Part shown: positions 55,706-64,000 of the stretch, in pieces
Numbering within the stretch: position 1 is the stretch's first letter
Layout: each line of letters opens with the position of its first letter
DNA from: an uncultured virus (IMG/VR IMGVR_UViG_3300046546_000013)
Taxonomy: Duplodnaviria > Heunggongvirae > Uroviricota > Caudoviricetes
Strand: one strand, 5' to 3'
Virus record (IMG/VR): IMGVR_UViG_3300046546_000013
Length of the DNA stretch: 64,000 nt
The notes under the pieces: model-generated
What the model saw: the letters and a program-made list of their open reading frames with translations, nothing else
What the model was told of the DNA's origin: nothing
Database searches by the model: none
Made by a program: the position numbers and the translations under genes

Positions 55706-56212
55706 CTAGCCTTCTGGGGTTGTATCTGGTTTGGTATCTTCTGGAACACCATTGAAAGATACTTGCATTTCAAAGTTACCACGGTTGTTAGGTCCCCCGC
55801 CGGTATGAACAATACCTGACAGAGTTGCATTACCTTGAATTACCCGACCGTCTGGCTCAGTATGACGGAAGAATACAATTCGATCTTGACCAGCTTTATT
55901 TAAGCGATCGCGTACAAATTCTTGCGCTGGATCAGTGGCATATTTTCGATGACCTGTAAAAGCATAAACACCAGTAACACGTGTGATATCGGTGTTTGAT
56001 CCACCCTTATCACCGTAATATTCATATGTTTCAGATGATTCATCTTGGGAAGGTGTTGCTTCCTGAATACCATCTGCTAGCTCGTGAACGGTCGTAGGTG
56101 GCACAAGTTTTCCATTTTCACCAACCGTTGCAGCTACACCGATTTCATATTTGTTCATCCAGTTAGGTGAATAGCCTTCACCAGCTGCAAAATACTGTAA
56201 ATTCATTTTCAT
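55706..56212 (-). CDS. Major tail tube protein
   Basis: YYGDKGG, GHRKYATDPAQ and FNGVP motifs. Confidence 0.8.
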   Translation of the reverse strand: MKMNLQYFAAGEGYSPNWMNKYEIGVAATVGENGKLVPPTTVHELADGIQEATPSQDESSETYEYYGDKGGSNTDITRVTGVYAFTGHRKYATDPAQEFVRDRLNKAGQDRIVFFRHTEPDGRVIQGNATLSGIVHTGGGPNNRGNFEMQVSFNGVPEDTKPDTTPEG

Positions 56213-56223
56213 GAAATTTCCTC

Positions 56224-56661
56224 CTATTTACTTATATTTAATCGAACAGTTAGTACATAAAGATATGCATCATGTTCTTGAATTCCTAAATTTCTAGGTT
56301 GCGTGTAAATTTCGCTCGAATCAAACAAAAATGAGCCATCACTCGAGCGAAGTGTGACCCATTCGCCATTTTCTTTTCTTGGCAATTTATCAAAGCTATC
56401 TGCAATCTTCCAAGCATCGTTAAAAGCTTGTGATTGGTTTGTGTTTTTGATAATGATTTGAACCATGAACGGAATTTGCCTGTTTCTAGCCAAGTCCTGC
56501 TGTCCTTGTCCGGATGCAATCCCTTGTATAGATAAATCTCGTTCATTGTCCTGAGGAGGTTTGTCTTCTTGAATGACTTGCTTCCCAGTACTTGTTACTC
56601 TTGGTGTTTCAAGTCCTAATAAGCGTAAGTGATCAGCAACTCGTGCAAATAAATCCATCAC
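56224..56661 (-). CDS. Tail terminator/minor capsid protein
   Basis: Position. Confidence 0.6.
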   Translation of the reverse strand: MMDLFARVADHLRLLGLETPRVTSTGKQVIQEDKPPQDNERDLSIQGIASGQGQQDLARNRQIPFMVQIIIKNTNQSQAFNDAWKIADSFDKLPRKENGEWVTLRSSDGSFLFDSSEIYTQPRNLGIQEHDAYLYVLTVRLNISK

Positions 56662-56987
56662 AGAGCCTCCTTAATCGCTTTTTCTGCCACATCCAGTACT
56701 TCATCCATATCTTGAGCTTTCGCAACCTCAGCCCACCGTATAGATGCTTGAGGATTGTGGTTTTTAGATGGAGTTCCCCTATAATATGCGTACCCAGCAT
56801 ACTCTGTACCCCATACCAGCTTTCCTTTTGGGAAATCACTATCAACCCAAACACTAGCTTCGGTTGCCCCAGTGTCTTTCTTAACATACTGATTAGCCGC
56901 TTTAGCAAATGCGATTGATGTCGGATTCAGAGCGGATTCGATAGCTCTCTCAATACGATCGAAATTACCTTCAAATCTCCCGCTCAT
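56658..56987 (-). CDS. Minor capsid/neck protein
   Basis: YVKKDTG..EYAGYAYY..NPQA..RW motif. Confidence 0.7.
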   Translation of the reverse strand: MSGRFEGNFDRIERAIESALNPTSIAFAKAANQYVKKDTGATEASVWVDSDFPKGKLVWGTEYAGYAYYRGTPSKNHNPQASIRWAEVAKAQDMDEVLDVAEKAIKEAL

Positions 56988-57328
56988 TGCAACATCACCT
57001 CAATATGATGTGGATTTAACTGGTCAGTGAACACCTCATAGCATTCAACGATTTTTAGTTTGCGGTTTTGAAATGTAATTGTTCCGTCCTCGCTAGGATT
57101 TACAAAAGGTTTTGAATTAACAGCATCGACGTACAAAATGCCGTTAGTCAAAACCTCTGTATTATCCGTTTTTATAATTCTTTTTCGCTTAGGAGTAAAC
57201 CTTACATGTTCAATCTTCTGTGGGTTAGGTAGTTCACCACTTCCCATTGAGCCATCATCATCAGGCTTTGGGGCCTGATAGATAACCTCATGGATTAACA
57301 GGTGTTTAGGTATTGGTTTAAATGACAC
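56984..57328 (-). CDS. Head closure/minor capsid protein
   Basis: PIPKHLLIH..PHHIEV motif. Confidence 0.7.
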   Translation of the reverse strand: MSFKPIPKHLLIHEVIYQAPKPDDDGSMGSGELPNPQKIEHVRFTPKRKRIIKTDNTEVLTNGILYVDAVNSKPFVNPSEDGTITFQNRKLKIVECYEVFTDQLNPHHIEVMLQ

Positions 57329-57725
57329 CGATCCTCACACTCCTTTTTCTCAAAAGACCGGTTCCTTCTAAATATGAAAGACAACTCGGAGCGACCCGAT
57401 TGGCTTGCTTGCTAGTTGACGTTGTTGCGCCAGAATAGCTAAACCCACCAATAGAAGCGCTTTGACCGCTCGAAGTATTACCTGTAACATCAAGATCTAT
57501 ACCTTCGACTTGATAGTATTCTATTTGAGCACAACATGCTTTTTTAATCAGTAGCTGTACATGTTCAGAAAACTTATCCAAACCAATTTTAGGTACATGA
57601 TAATCTGTCAAAGAGTCAATAATGTCCGAAGCCCTTTTGGATAGACGAGAAAAGTCCTTATCATCAACAGGAGTTCCCTCGTAATCATTCTTGTAAAAGG
57701 CTTCATCAACATAAGGTTCAGACAT
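57318..57725 (-). CDS. Head-tail adaptor
   Basis: RASDIID..KACCAQIEY..SIGGFSY..LEGTGLL motif. Confidence 0.75.
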   Translation of the reverse strand: MSEPYVDEAFYKNDYEGTPVDDKDFSRLSKRASDIIDSLTDYHVPKIGLDKFSEHVQLLIKKACCAQIEYYQVEGIDLDVTGNTSSGQSASIGGFSYSGATTSTSKQANRVAPSCLSYLEGTGLLRKRSVRIGVI

Positions 57726-57734
57726 GATCTTCAC

Positions 57735-57941
57735 CTACTTTTCTTTTTTGTCTTCCTTCTGATCGTCTTTGCCGGCTTTCTTGTCATCTTTCTTTTCTTC
57801 AACACGTTCTAAGAAAGAATCATCTAGATTTACAGCAACTTCTTCAGCACGTTTAACGGTCATATCAATGACCGTCCCTGCTTCATAAACTTCTTTAGTT
57901 TCTTTATCACGGAATTTTTTTAAAACGTTGTATTTTGCCAT
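57735..57941 (-). CDS. Small capsid-associated protein
   Basis: KVLKKFRDK..Y.AG..RAEE-type motif after the capsid gene. Confidence 0.6.
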   Translation of the reverse strand: MAKYNVLKKFRDKETKEVYEAGTVIDMTVKRAEEVAVNLDDSFLERVEEKKDDKKAGKDDQKEDKKEK

Positions 57942-57961
57942 GTTTTTCACCGTTCCCTTTC

Positions 57962-58900
57962 TTATCCTTCTGGAGTAGCATCAATACCGAAGTAAGCTAG
58001 TGCTTTAGGTTCACGAATGATGAAGTCAATATCATCAAGCATGAAATGATATGTTGCCTGTTTGGCAACGGCACGGCTGTCTTGAGCAGCAGTTGTCAAT
58101 GTAACAGTCAAACCAGAAACAACAGCGAGGTTTTCATAAGGAGTGAACAGAATTACATTGTTTTCCATAGACTCAACAACTTCGACGCCGAATCCACCGA
58201 TATTGCGCAGGGCACCGTCCACTAATACTGCATCTCCCAAAGCAGTATTTCGATTTTGTAATTCAACAACATAGTTTGTTGCTGTGGCTTGAGACATAAA
58301 GAACTTAAATGTTCCTTGACGCAAATATTTCGGTTCAATTCTAGCAGTTGCAGCAGTTAGTTCTTGAATAGTCGGCAATTTTGCACCTACTACTTTTACT
58401 TCAGCAGATGCTTTAGCCATTTTGATGTAACCATCATTTAACTTCACGAATGCATCAGATGAAGATTCATCCCCATTAAATGCTAGATCTTGCAAATCCG
58501 CTGCATACTGAGCTTGCATTAGTGAAAGTAACGCTTGACGGACATCTTGCCCACGAGTACGAGCGGTATAAAATGTATTGCTGTTCTCGATCCATGTATC
58601 CAAGTAAACCGGGACAAGAGAGAAAGGTACTGTGTCTTCTTCTTTGATATCCGTGCCTGTATCTTCAGTGTTAATACCTAGATGTTTTTTCAATGTACGC
58701 TTTTTAACACCTAATTTATCCAAAGATCCTGTCCCTGATTTGGCAAAATGGACAAATATTTTCCCGATAGTTCCTGCAGTTGCAACTGCATCTAAGAAGA
58801 ATGCTCGAGCATTGTCTTCACGTAAGGTAACATTGTTACCAGCTTTCAAGATTGCGTTCATTTGTTTGATCAATGTTTCATTCGATAAAACGTTTGTCAT
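57962..58900 (-). CDS. Major capsid protein (PBSX XkdG-like)
   Basis: DLQDLAFNGD..NDGYIK motif; follows the XkdF-like gene. Confidence 0.8.
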   Translation of the reverse strand: MTNVLSNETLIKQMNAILKAGNNVTLREDNARAFFLDAVATAGTIGKIFVHFAKSGTGSLDKLGVKKRTLKKHLGINTEDTGTDIKEEDTVPFSLVPVYLDTWIENSNTFYTARTRGQDVRQALLSLMQAQYAADLQDLAFNGDESSSDAFVKLNDGYIKMAKASAEVKVVGAKLPTIQELTAATARIEPKYLRQGTFKFFMSQATATNYVVELQNRNTALGDAVLVDGALRNIGGFGVEVVESMENNVILFTPYENLAVVSGLTVTLTTAAQDSRAVAKQATYHFMLDDIDFIIREPKALAYFGIDATPEG

Positions 58901-58914
58901 TTGTGTTTCCCCCT

Positions 58915-59964
58915 TTATTCAGAAATTGGGAAAGCAGCGTCCACATAAGATGGTACAACCGATTTCTCAACTTTTTCTGTGTAATTTTGTTCAGCATTGT
59001 TGCTGATTCGAGATTTTTCGAGATTCTCGATCTTCTCATTCAAAGGTGCTACGGCTTCTGATACAGCCTTAGCAATAGCATCAGCATCTAACTCAACACT
59101 AGCTTCCGAATTAACTGTTTCTGGTTTTTCATCTGATTTATCGCCTTTTTCCAAAGCTGATAAACGATCGTTTACTGGTTTGAGCGCTTCGCCGAGCGCT
59201 TTTTTTAACTGTTCTTCCGTCATTTCCTCATCCTCCTCGGATTTATTTGTACTAAAAAAGGACTTAACCGATTCGATTAGTCCTTGTTTGGTAACTGATT
59301 TAGTTGTATTTATTGTGCCGATCAGCGTTGATAACTCGTTAATTTCAGATTGAATACTAGCTATCTTGTCAGCATCGTTTGCTGTGTAATTATCTAAAAT
59401 AGACCATGAAGCAGATCGAAAAGCATCTAAAGCTGCATTAATATCCCGATAAGTCTTGCTGTTGTTAAAATTATCAGCTGTTTGCTTTTTGACATCCTCC
59501 ACTTGAGCGGTTCCTGCTAAAGAGTAGCCTGTGAAATCCCCTTTCTGGATTGACTCCCACATTTCGTCAGTAGCTTTAGTGACAAGCACCCAAGTTCCTT
59601 TGGTGATTGTGGTTTCGCCGATAGTCATATCAACAGGGGCAACATAACTCTCTACTACTTTTCCAGCATTTGTGGTGAAATCGTGCTGTTTGTCAATTTG
59701 TTGATAATCCGCCATGAATCCATGTGCAGCCTTCTCGATTGTTTCAGCATCCATGAAATCCCCATGAACGTCTTCAACATCAGGCTCATAAACAACACCA
59801 TATACAAGCTTCTGTGGATCATTCGATTTAGTAACCAACTTAACTTCGGTTTCAAAATTAGGTTTGAGATCTTCAGCAGATTTAGTAAGAAAGAATGATT
59901 TCTTATTGGCTGCCTTATCTACATATGAAACATGTGTTACAAGAACGTTTTCTAGTTTTCGCAT
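58915..59964 (-). CDS. XkdF-like prohead protease/scaffold
   Basis: VSYVDKAAN, YGVVYEPD..D.HGD, VVESY and GYSLAG motifs. Confidence 0.85.
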   Translation of the reverse strand: MRKLENVLVTHVSYVDKAANKKSFFLTKSAEDLKPNFETEVKLVTKSNDPQKLVYGVVYEPDVEDVHGDFMDAETIEKAAHGFMADYQQIDKQHDFTTNAGKVVESYVAPVDMTIGETTITKGTWVLVTKATDEMWESIQKGDFTGYSLAGTAQVEDVKKQTADNFNNSKTYRDINAALDAFRSASWSILDNYTANDADKIASIQSEINELSTLIGTINTTKSVTKQGLIESVKSFFSTNKSEEDEEMTEEQLKKALGEALKPVNDRLSALEKGDKSDEKPETVNSEASVELDADAIAKAVSEAVAPLNEKIENLEKSRISNNAEQNYTEKVEKSVVPSYVDAAFPISE

Positions 59965-59983
59965 TTTCTCACCACCTTTCTAA

Positions 59984-60802
59984 TTATTTTTTTATTTCTG
60001 GCACCACAAAACAGTGACAATGAATCGACTCTTTAGCAGATAACATAGGGTCACGAGGATAACGGCAGCTTTCGCCATTGACGATGAAATACTCGCCTTT
60101 AGCGATTGTTTGACCGTCCATCGCTTCGTGTCCCTTTCTCGGTTCTTTGATGCCATGAGTATGGCGCCAGGTCATGCCAATAACAGCATCGTTTTGCATT
60201 AATGCTTCATACTGGCTGCCAGAGTACATCCTTAATCCCTCAGTGATCGCAGTTGTTCTGGCACGATTGCGAGAGAATTCAGGGAGTGAAGACAGCTTAC
60301 TTTCTAACCATCGGATGCCTTTACCTTCATCAAAAGATTCTTGAATCACTCCTACAAGAGCGTTCTCTGTAGAAACGTTCATTAGTTTTGGCAGCTTCCT
60401 AAGCCATTTTTCGATGTCTCGGTAGTGTTTAGTCTGATAATCAAAATCCTCAGATCCGTCATACTTGGCATTAAATTCATCAAACAACCCAAAGAAAGCT
60501 TTTCTCAGTTCTGGGATAACACTTTCTTCCATGTTTGATTTGAATGATCGTCCACGGAGCATAACTTTTATAGATAACTTGGTAGGTTTCTTTTTCCGAT
60601 TCTCTACGAATTTTTTAACCTTTTCCCATACTTCCTCGTAATCAATTTGCAAGGTCTCATCCATCTTATCCTCTGAATTTAAGATGAACGTAAGCAATAT
60701 TGGGACAAATAAAAAGCCTGCTTTTTCTAGAAGCTTAGCCAGTTCATCATCCTCTTCTTTTTTTAACTGTAAAGCGGCTTTAATTAACTCTTCATCATTC
60801 AT
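59984..60802 (-). CDS. Minor head protein (Mu F-like)
   Basis: RARTTAITE..R.GH..YPRDP..IHCHC motif. Confidence 0.8.
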   Translation of the reverse strand: MNDEELIKAALQLKKEEDDELAKLLEKAGFLFVPILLTFILNSEDKMDETLQIDYEEVWEKVKKFVENRKKKPTKLSIKVMLRGRSFKSNMEESVIPELRKAFFGLFDEFNAKYDGSEDFDYQTKHYRDIEKWLRKLPKLMNVSTENALVGVIQESFDEGKGIRWLESKLSSLPEFSRNRARTTAITEGLRMYSGSQYEALMQNDAVIGMTWRHTHGIKEPRKGHEAMDGQTIAKGEYFIVNGESCRYPRDPMLSAKESIHCHCFVVPEIKK

Positions 60803-62327
60803 CAGACTTCACACTCCGGATCATACGCCGAATACTTGCTGCAACTTCACTTACTTCTCCTTCACCATATGCCTTAGCTACGTCCAAATCACCAAGATTA
60901 AACGCTGATGACGATGATTGTCTGTTAAGTGGATAATTGTACTCTTCTCCATCAAAAGCTTCTAGCGGCTTATTGAGGGCTTTTGAAAGAATATCCCTCA
61001 AATCATTTGGAGCGACTGCATTTGCTTGGATAGCTGGTGTGAGAATCGCTTTAACATCCTCCATATTTACAAGATTGGATGATTTCAGAAATACTTCTAC
61101 ATACTTGAATTCATATTCCCTAAAAAGCGAATTAATACGCCAATCGTAAGATTCTCGCATGGGCTGGAACACTTGCTCTTCCGTCAGTTCTTTAGCAGTC
61201 TCAGCAGTAGCTCTTGTATAGTCGCTTGATCTTGCTACATAAATTGGGGGCAAACGGAATGCTCCAAGGACTGATTCAATGACGTTCTCATCATACTCAA
61301 GAAATAGAGCATCTTTTTGTAAGATGTCAGCTAGTTTCTCAATGTTAATGGCTGGCTTGAATTTATCTTCCCCATATCCTAAACCTTCTTCTGCAGGACT
61401 TACTTTTTCAGCTTCTAGCAATAAAAACTTATGCTGATTTTCTTCCCCACCAATTGCATTAGCATATGCCTGTAATGTGGCTTCGGATTGTTCAGTCAGC
61501 TGCGCATTCTCTAGCGTGATGGCAAGAGGAATATGTCTTCCCTGAGTAAAATATCGATAGTTCAATTCGTCGGCCTTGCGATTTCCAAGTATTTTAATCA
61601 ATGGACCTACCCAGCGAGGCTTGCCATAAGGATCTTGAAAATCACCATTTTTAAGGTGAATGATTTCAGTAGCTGTGCCTTGCCCCTCAGAACCCACGCT
61701 TCCATTTGAATTCAACGGAGTAGGGTCCCCATAGGTTTTATACCATGTTCCAGATTCTTTAACAGAATCATCCATAGAATCACGAAAAACAAAATAGCGG
61801 ACCTTAATCTCTGATCCGTCCGCATTTATAACTCTATTTAGTTTGGTAACAGTCATGTACTCAGGCTTTACAGAATCAATTCCTACAACATCACCTTTAA
61901 GATTACGAATAACTTCAATATAGCCATTCCCGCATTCTTCAACATGTCGAATGACCTCCTCAATAACTTCTTTTGGCGGACGTTCAAAGGATAATTCTTT
62001 GAGTAGGGTATCCAATTGATTCCATTCTGCCTTCATTTCTGCTGTTTCTTCGGTGTCGTCAACCTTGTAACGTATACCAAAACCGAATCCAGCCACGTTC
62101 GTTACGTATGCTTCAATTGATTGGTTCAGAATGTCAGATATATCGGTGATTGATCGTAAAGTAGCAATATCATATGGTGGAGATAATTGGGTCAAATCTC
62201 TTCTTTGATCAAAACCACCTGCAGACTTAAACTTTAGAGTTCTTTTCTTCTCAATGCTCACGTTCTTTTTGATATATTCTTTAGGAACAGATCCTGACGA
62301 TCCGCCACTAATAATTTTTGATGTCAA
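60795..62327 (-). CDS. Portal protein (PBSX XkdE-like)
   Basis: GNGYIEV, YGKPRW, FRLPP and YTRATA motifs. Confidence 0.85.
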   Translation of the reverse strand: MTSKIISGGSSGSVPKEYIKKNVSIEKKRTLKFKSAGGFDQRRDLTQLSPPYDIATLRSITDISDILNQSIEAYVTNVAGFGFGIRYKVDDTEETAEMKAEWNQLDTLLKELSFERPPKEVIEEVIRHVEECGNGYIEVIRNLKGDVVGIDSVKPEYMTVTKLNRVINADGSEIKVRYFVFRDSMDDSVKESGTWYKTYGDPTPLNSNGSVGSEGQGTATEIIHLKNGDFQDPYGKPRWVGPLIKILGNRKADELNYRYFTQGRHIPLAITLENAQLTEQSEATLQAYANAIGGEENQHKFLLLEAEKVSPAEEGLGYGEDKFKPAINIEKLADILQKDALFLEYDENVIESVLGAFRLPPIYVARSSDYTRATAETAKELTEEQVFQPMRESYDWRINSLFREYEFKYVEVFLKSSNLVNMEDVKAILTPAIQANAVAPNDLRDILSKALNKPLEAFDGEEYNYPLNRQSSSSAFNLGDLDVAKAYGEGEVSEVAASIRRMIRSVKSDE

Positions 62328-62338
62328 GAAACCACCTC

Positions 62339-63634
62339 CTAAAATGCTGTTTTTCTATTTGTGCGTCTTTTCTTGGCTTGCTGACCTTTACGTCTTTCCA
62401 GCTCAATAGAGTATCGTAACATCGCCATTGCATCATCAAAGAAATTCACCGGATCGTCCGTAAAAGTATTTGATTTCTCGTCCTTTCTCCACTTCCATTG
62501 TTGTATTTCTTTGATTGTATTTGTACAACTTGGATGGATATGGATGCGCATCTGCTTCAAATAATCGATCTGTGCTGACACACTTCCGGGTTCTTTTACA
62601 ACAGGTTCAGCATGATAGCCAGCTTTGCGCCACATTTTAATTCGATCCGGTTCGGCAGAATCACACCACATAACCAGCTTTTTATTGATTCTTTTTTCAT
62701 TAGCGATTGCAATAAGCTCACTCGTATCTTTTTCGAACTCATAGATTTCACGGCACAAAAAAAGCTCGCCATCTTTAAATCCAATTTCACCAATAGCATT
62801 GGCATGATTGAATCCGAAGTCTTGAGCGTTAACCATGTAGTCAAAACGTTCTGGGTCTGTGTTAAAGTTTTCTACAATATAATTAGTAAGGATAAGTCCA
62901 CCAGACTCACCCCATTCGCCGAGTCCATAGATTTGATATCCATCAGGATCACGCTCTTTTCGCATCATCATCCGCCGGTGATAGGCTTCATCAATGAATC
63001 GATTCTGTAGATATGTTGATTGATGAGTAAAAATGTCTGGATGCGTTACATCAAAGTACTTTGACTTGATCCAGTGAGTAGCTGATACCGGGTTAAAAGT
63101 AAATGTCATTTGATAGTAAAGATATGGGTTAAAATCCAAATTACCACGTAAACGGTCATCGAGAATATCTACATCGGCTTCATAAAGTTCTGTCGCTTCC
63201 TCGATCCATATCCATGTGAGTTTACCACGGTCAAAAGTAATAGATTTTACTTTTTCTCGCTGTCCGTCATCTTTCATCCCACGAAATATCACTTGATTGC
63301 CAGTAATCTTTGATTCGAGCATCATAGGCGATGATTTAATGGACCAATATTTGTGGTAGTCAGATCCGTAAATCTTATAGATAGCAGACTTCAATTCAGC
63401 ATACGTACTATCTTTATTTGACTCGGCGACTTTACGAACACAAAGAAGATTTGCTCCTTTATACTTCGGATCTCCAAGTTTTATGATAAAGTCTTGCGCA
63501 GTATTTACTGATTTACCAGAACCAGCTGATCCTTTAGCTAATCGATATCTTTTCCTAGTGGTATTGTATGTTTGGAAATTTCGGTTAAATTGTACCTTAA
63601 CTATCATTTGGCGCTTCGTTTTCGCCATCGCCAT
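62339..63634 (-). CDS. terL: Terminase large subunit (PBSX family)
   Basis: KGSAGSGKS, WIEEA, TFNP and DDAMAMLRY motifs. Confidence 0.92.
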   Translation of the reverse strand: MAMAKTKRQMIVKVQFNRNFQTYNTTRKRYRLAKGSAGSGKSVNTAQDFIIKLGDPKYKGANLLCVRKVAESNKDSTYAELKSAIYKIYGSDYHKYWSIKSSPMMLESKITGNQVIFRGMKDDGQREKVKSITFDRGKLTWIWIEEATELYEADVDILDDRLRGNLDFNPYLYYQMTFTFNPVSATHWIKSKYFDVTHPDIFTHQSTYLQNRFIDEAYHRRMMMRKERDPDGYQIYGLGEWGESGGLILTNYIVENFNTDPERFDYMVNAQDFGFNHANAIGEIGFKDGELFLCREIYEFEKDTSELIAIANEKRINKKLVMWCDSAEPDRIKMWRKAGYHAEPVVKEPGSVSAQIDYLKQMRIHIHPSCTNTIKEIQQWKWRKDEKSNTFTDDPVNFFDDAMAMLRYSIELERRKGQQAKKRRTNRKTAF

Positions 63635-64000
63635 AATCAACCACCACTTTCAGATCCATATTGCCATCTAGTTCCACTTTATCAGTCCATAGGCTATACC
63701 TTTTGCCAAGGAGTTCAGCTGCTCTTATACGATCTTTATTAGCTACTTGCACATCTTCTATCGTTGAACCGTATTCAGATCCTTGAAAGACTACCGTTTG
63801 ATCTGTTTCTTCTCCTCGCATAACCTTACTCAAATATTCCAGGACCTCTTCTTGATTAGCGATTTTTTCTGATTGCAGCTGTTCAAGTCTTTCGTCTATA
63901 TATTGTCTAATGTCAGGTTTTGTCAGGTTCTCACTACCTACAGACTTAGCAGTTCGTTTGCTGTACCCAGCAGAAATAGCGGCTTGAGTAGCATTACCGC
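63597..64000 (-). CDS. terS: Terminase small subunit (5' end outside the window)
   Basis: Frame is open to the window edge: GNATQAAISAGYSKRTA...RIRAAELLGKRY. Confidence 0.88.
   Translation of the reverse strand, partial: GNATQAAISAGYSKRTAKSVGSENLTKPDIRQYIDERLEQLQSEKIANQEEVLEYLSKVMRGEETDQTVVFQGSEYGSTIEDVQVANKDRIRAAELLGKRYSLWTDKVELDGNMDLKVVVDYGDGENEAPNDS

Larger units (their letters stand above)
40671..64000. mobile_element. Prophage 2 (late half; continues beyond the window)
   Basis: Second full set of lysis, tail, head and terminase genes, largely non-homologous to prophage 1. Confidence 0.93.

Overview
Low-GC Firmicutes DNA, most likely Enterococcus (inferred from phage gene style and the groEL tail). 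It holds two different temperate siphophage prophages in tandem and in the same orientation. Prophage 1 (1 to ~40.65 kb) is nearly complete: lysis, tail, head, packaging, late activator, early accessory region, replication/recombination, cI/cro switch and integrase. An 18-bp copy of the groEL 3' end (ATGGGCGGCATGATGTAG, MGGMM*) with integrase arm-type repeats on both sides joins it to prophage 2 (~40.67 kb to the end). Prophage 2 shows an SOS-boxed accessory operon plus lysis, tail, PBSX-like head and terminase genes. The most unusual signal is at 27.6-31.1 kb: five co-oriented 26-28 bp sites (inverted arms around an 8-bp spacer) separate small accessory genes just downstream of a second intact tyrosine recombinase, which looks like a phage gene-cassette array. 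Other notable signals are a structured ~330-nt late leader with a tRNA-like element, tandem NrdR plus DnaA boxes before a MazG-like gene, face-to-face switch promoters, two predicted -1 frameshifts, and a tail protein fused to a metallophosphoesterase. All family assignments come from motif recognition by eye; no searches were run.
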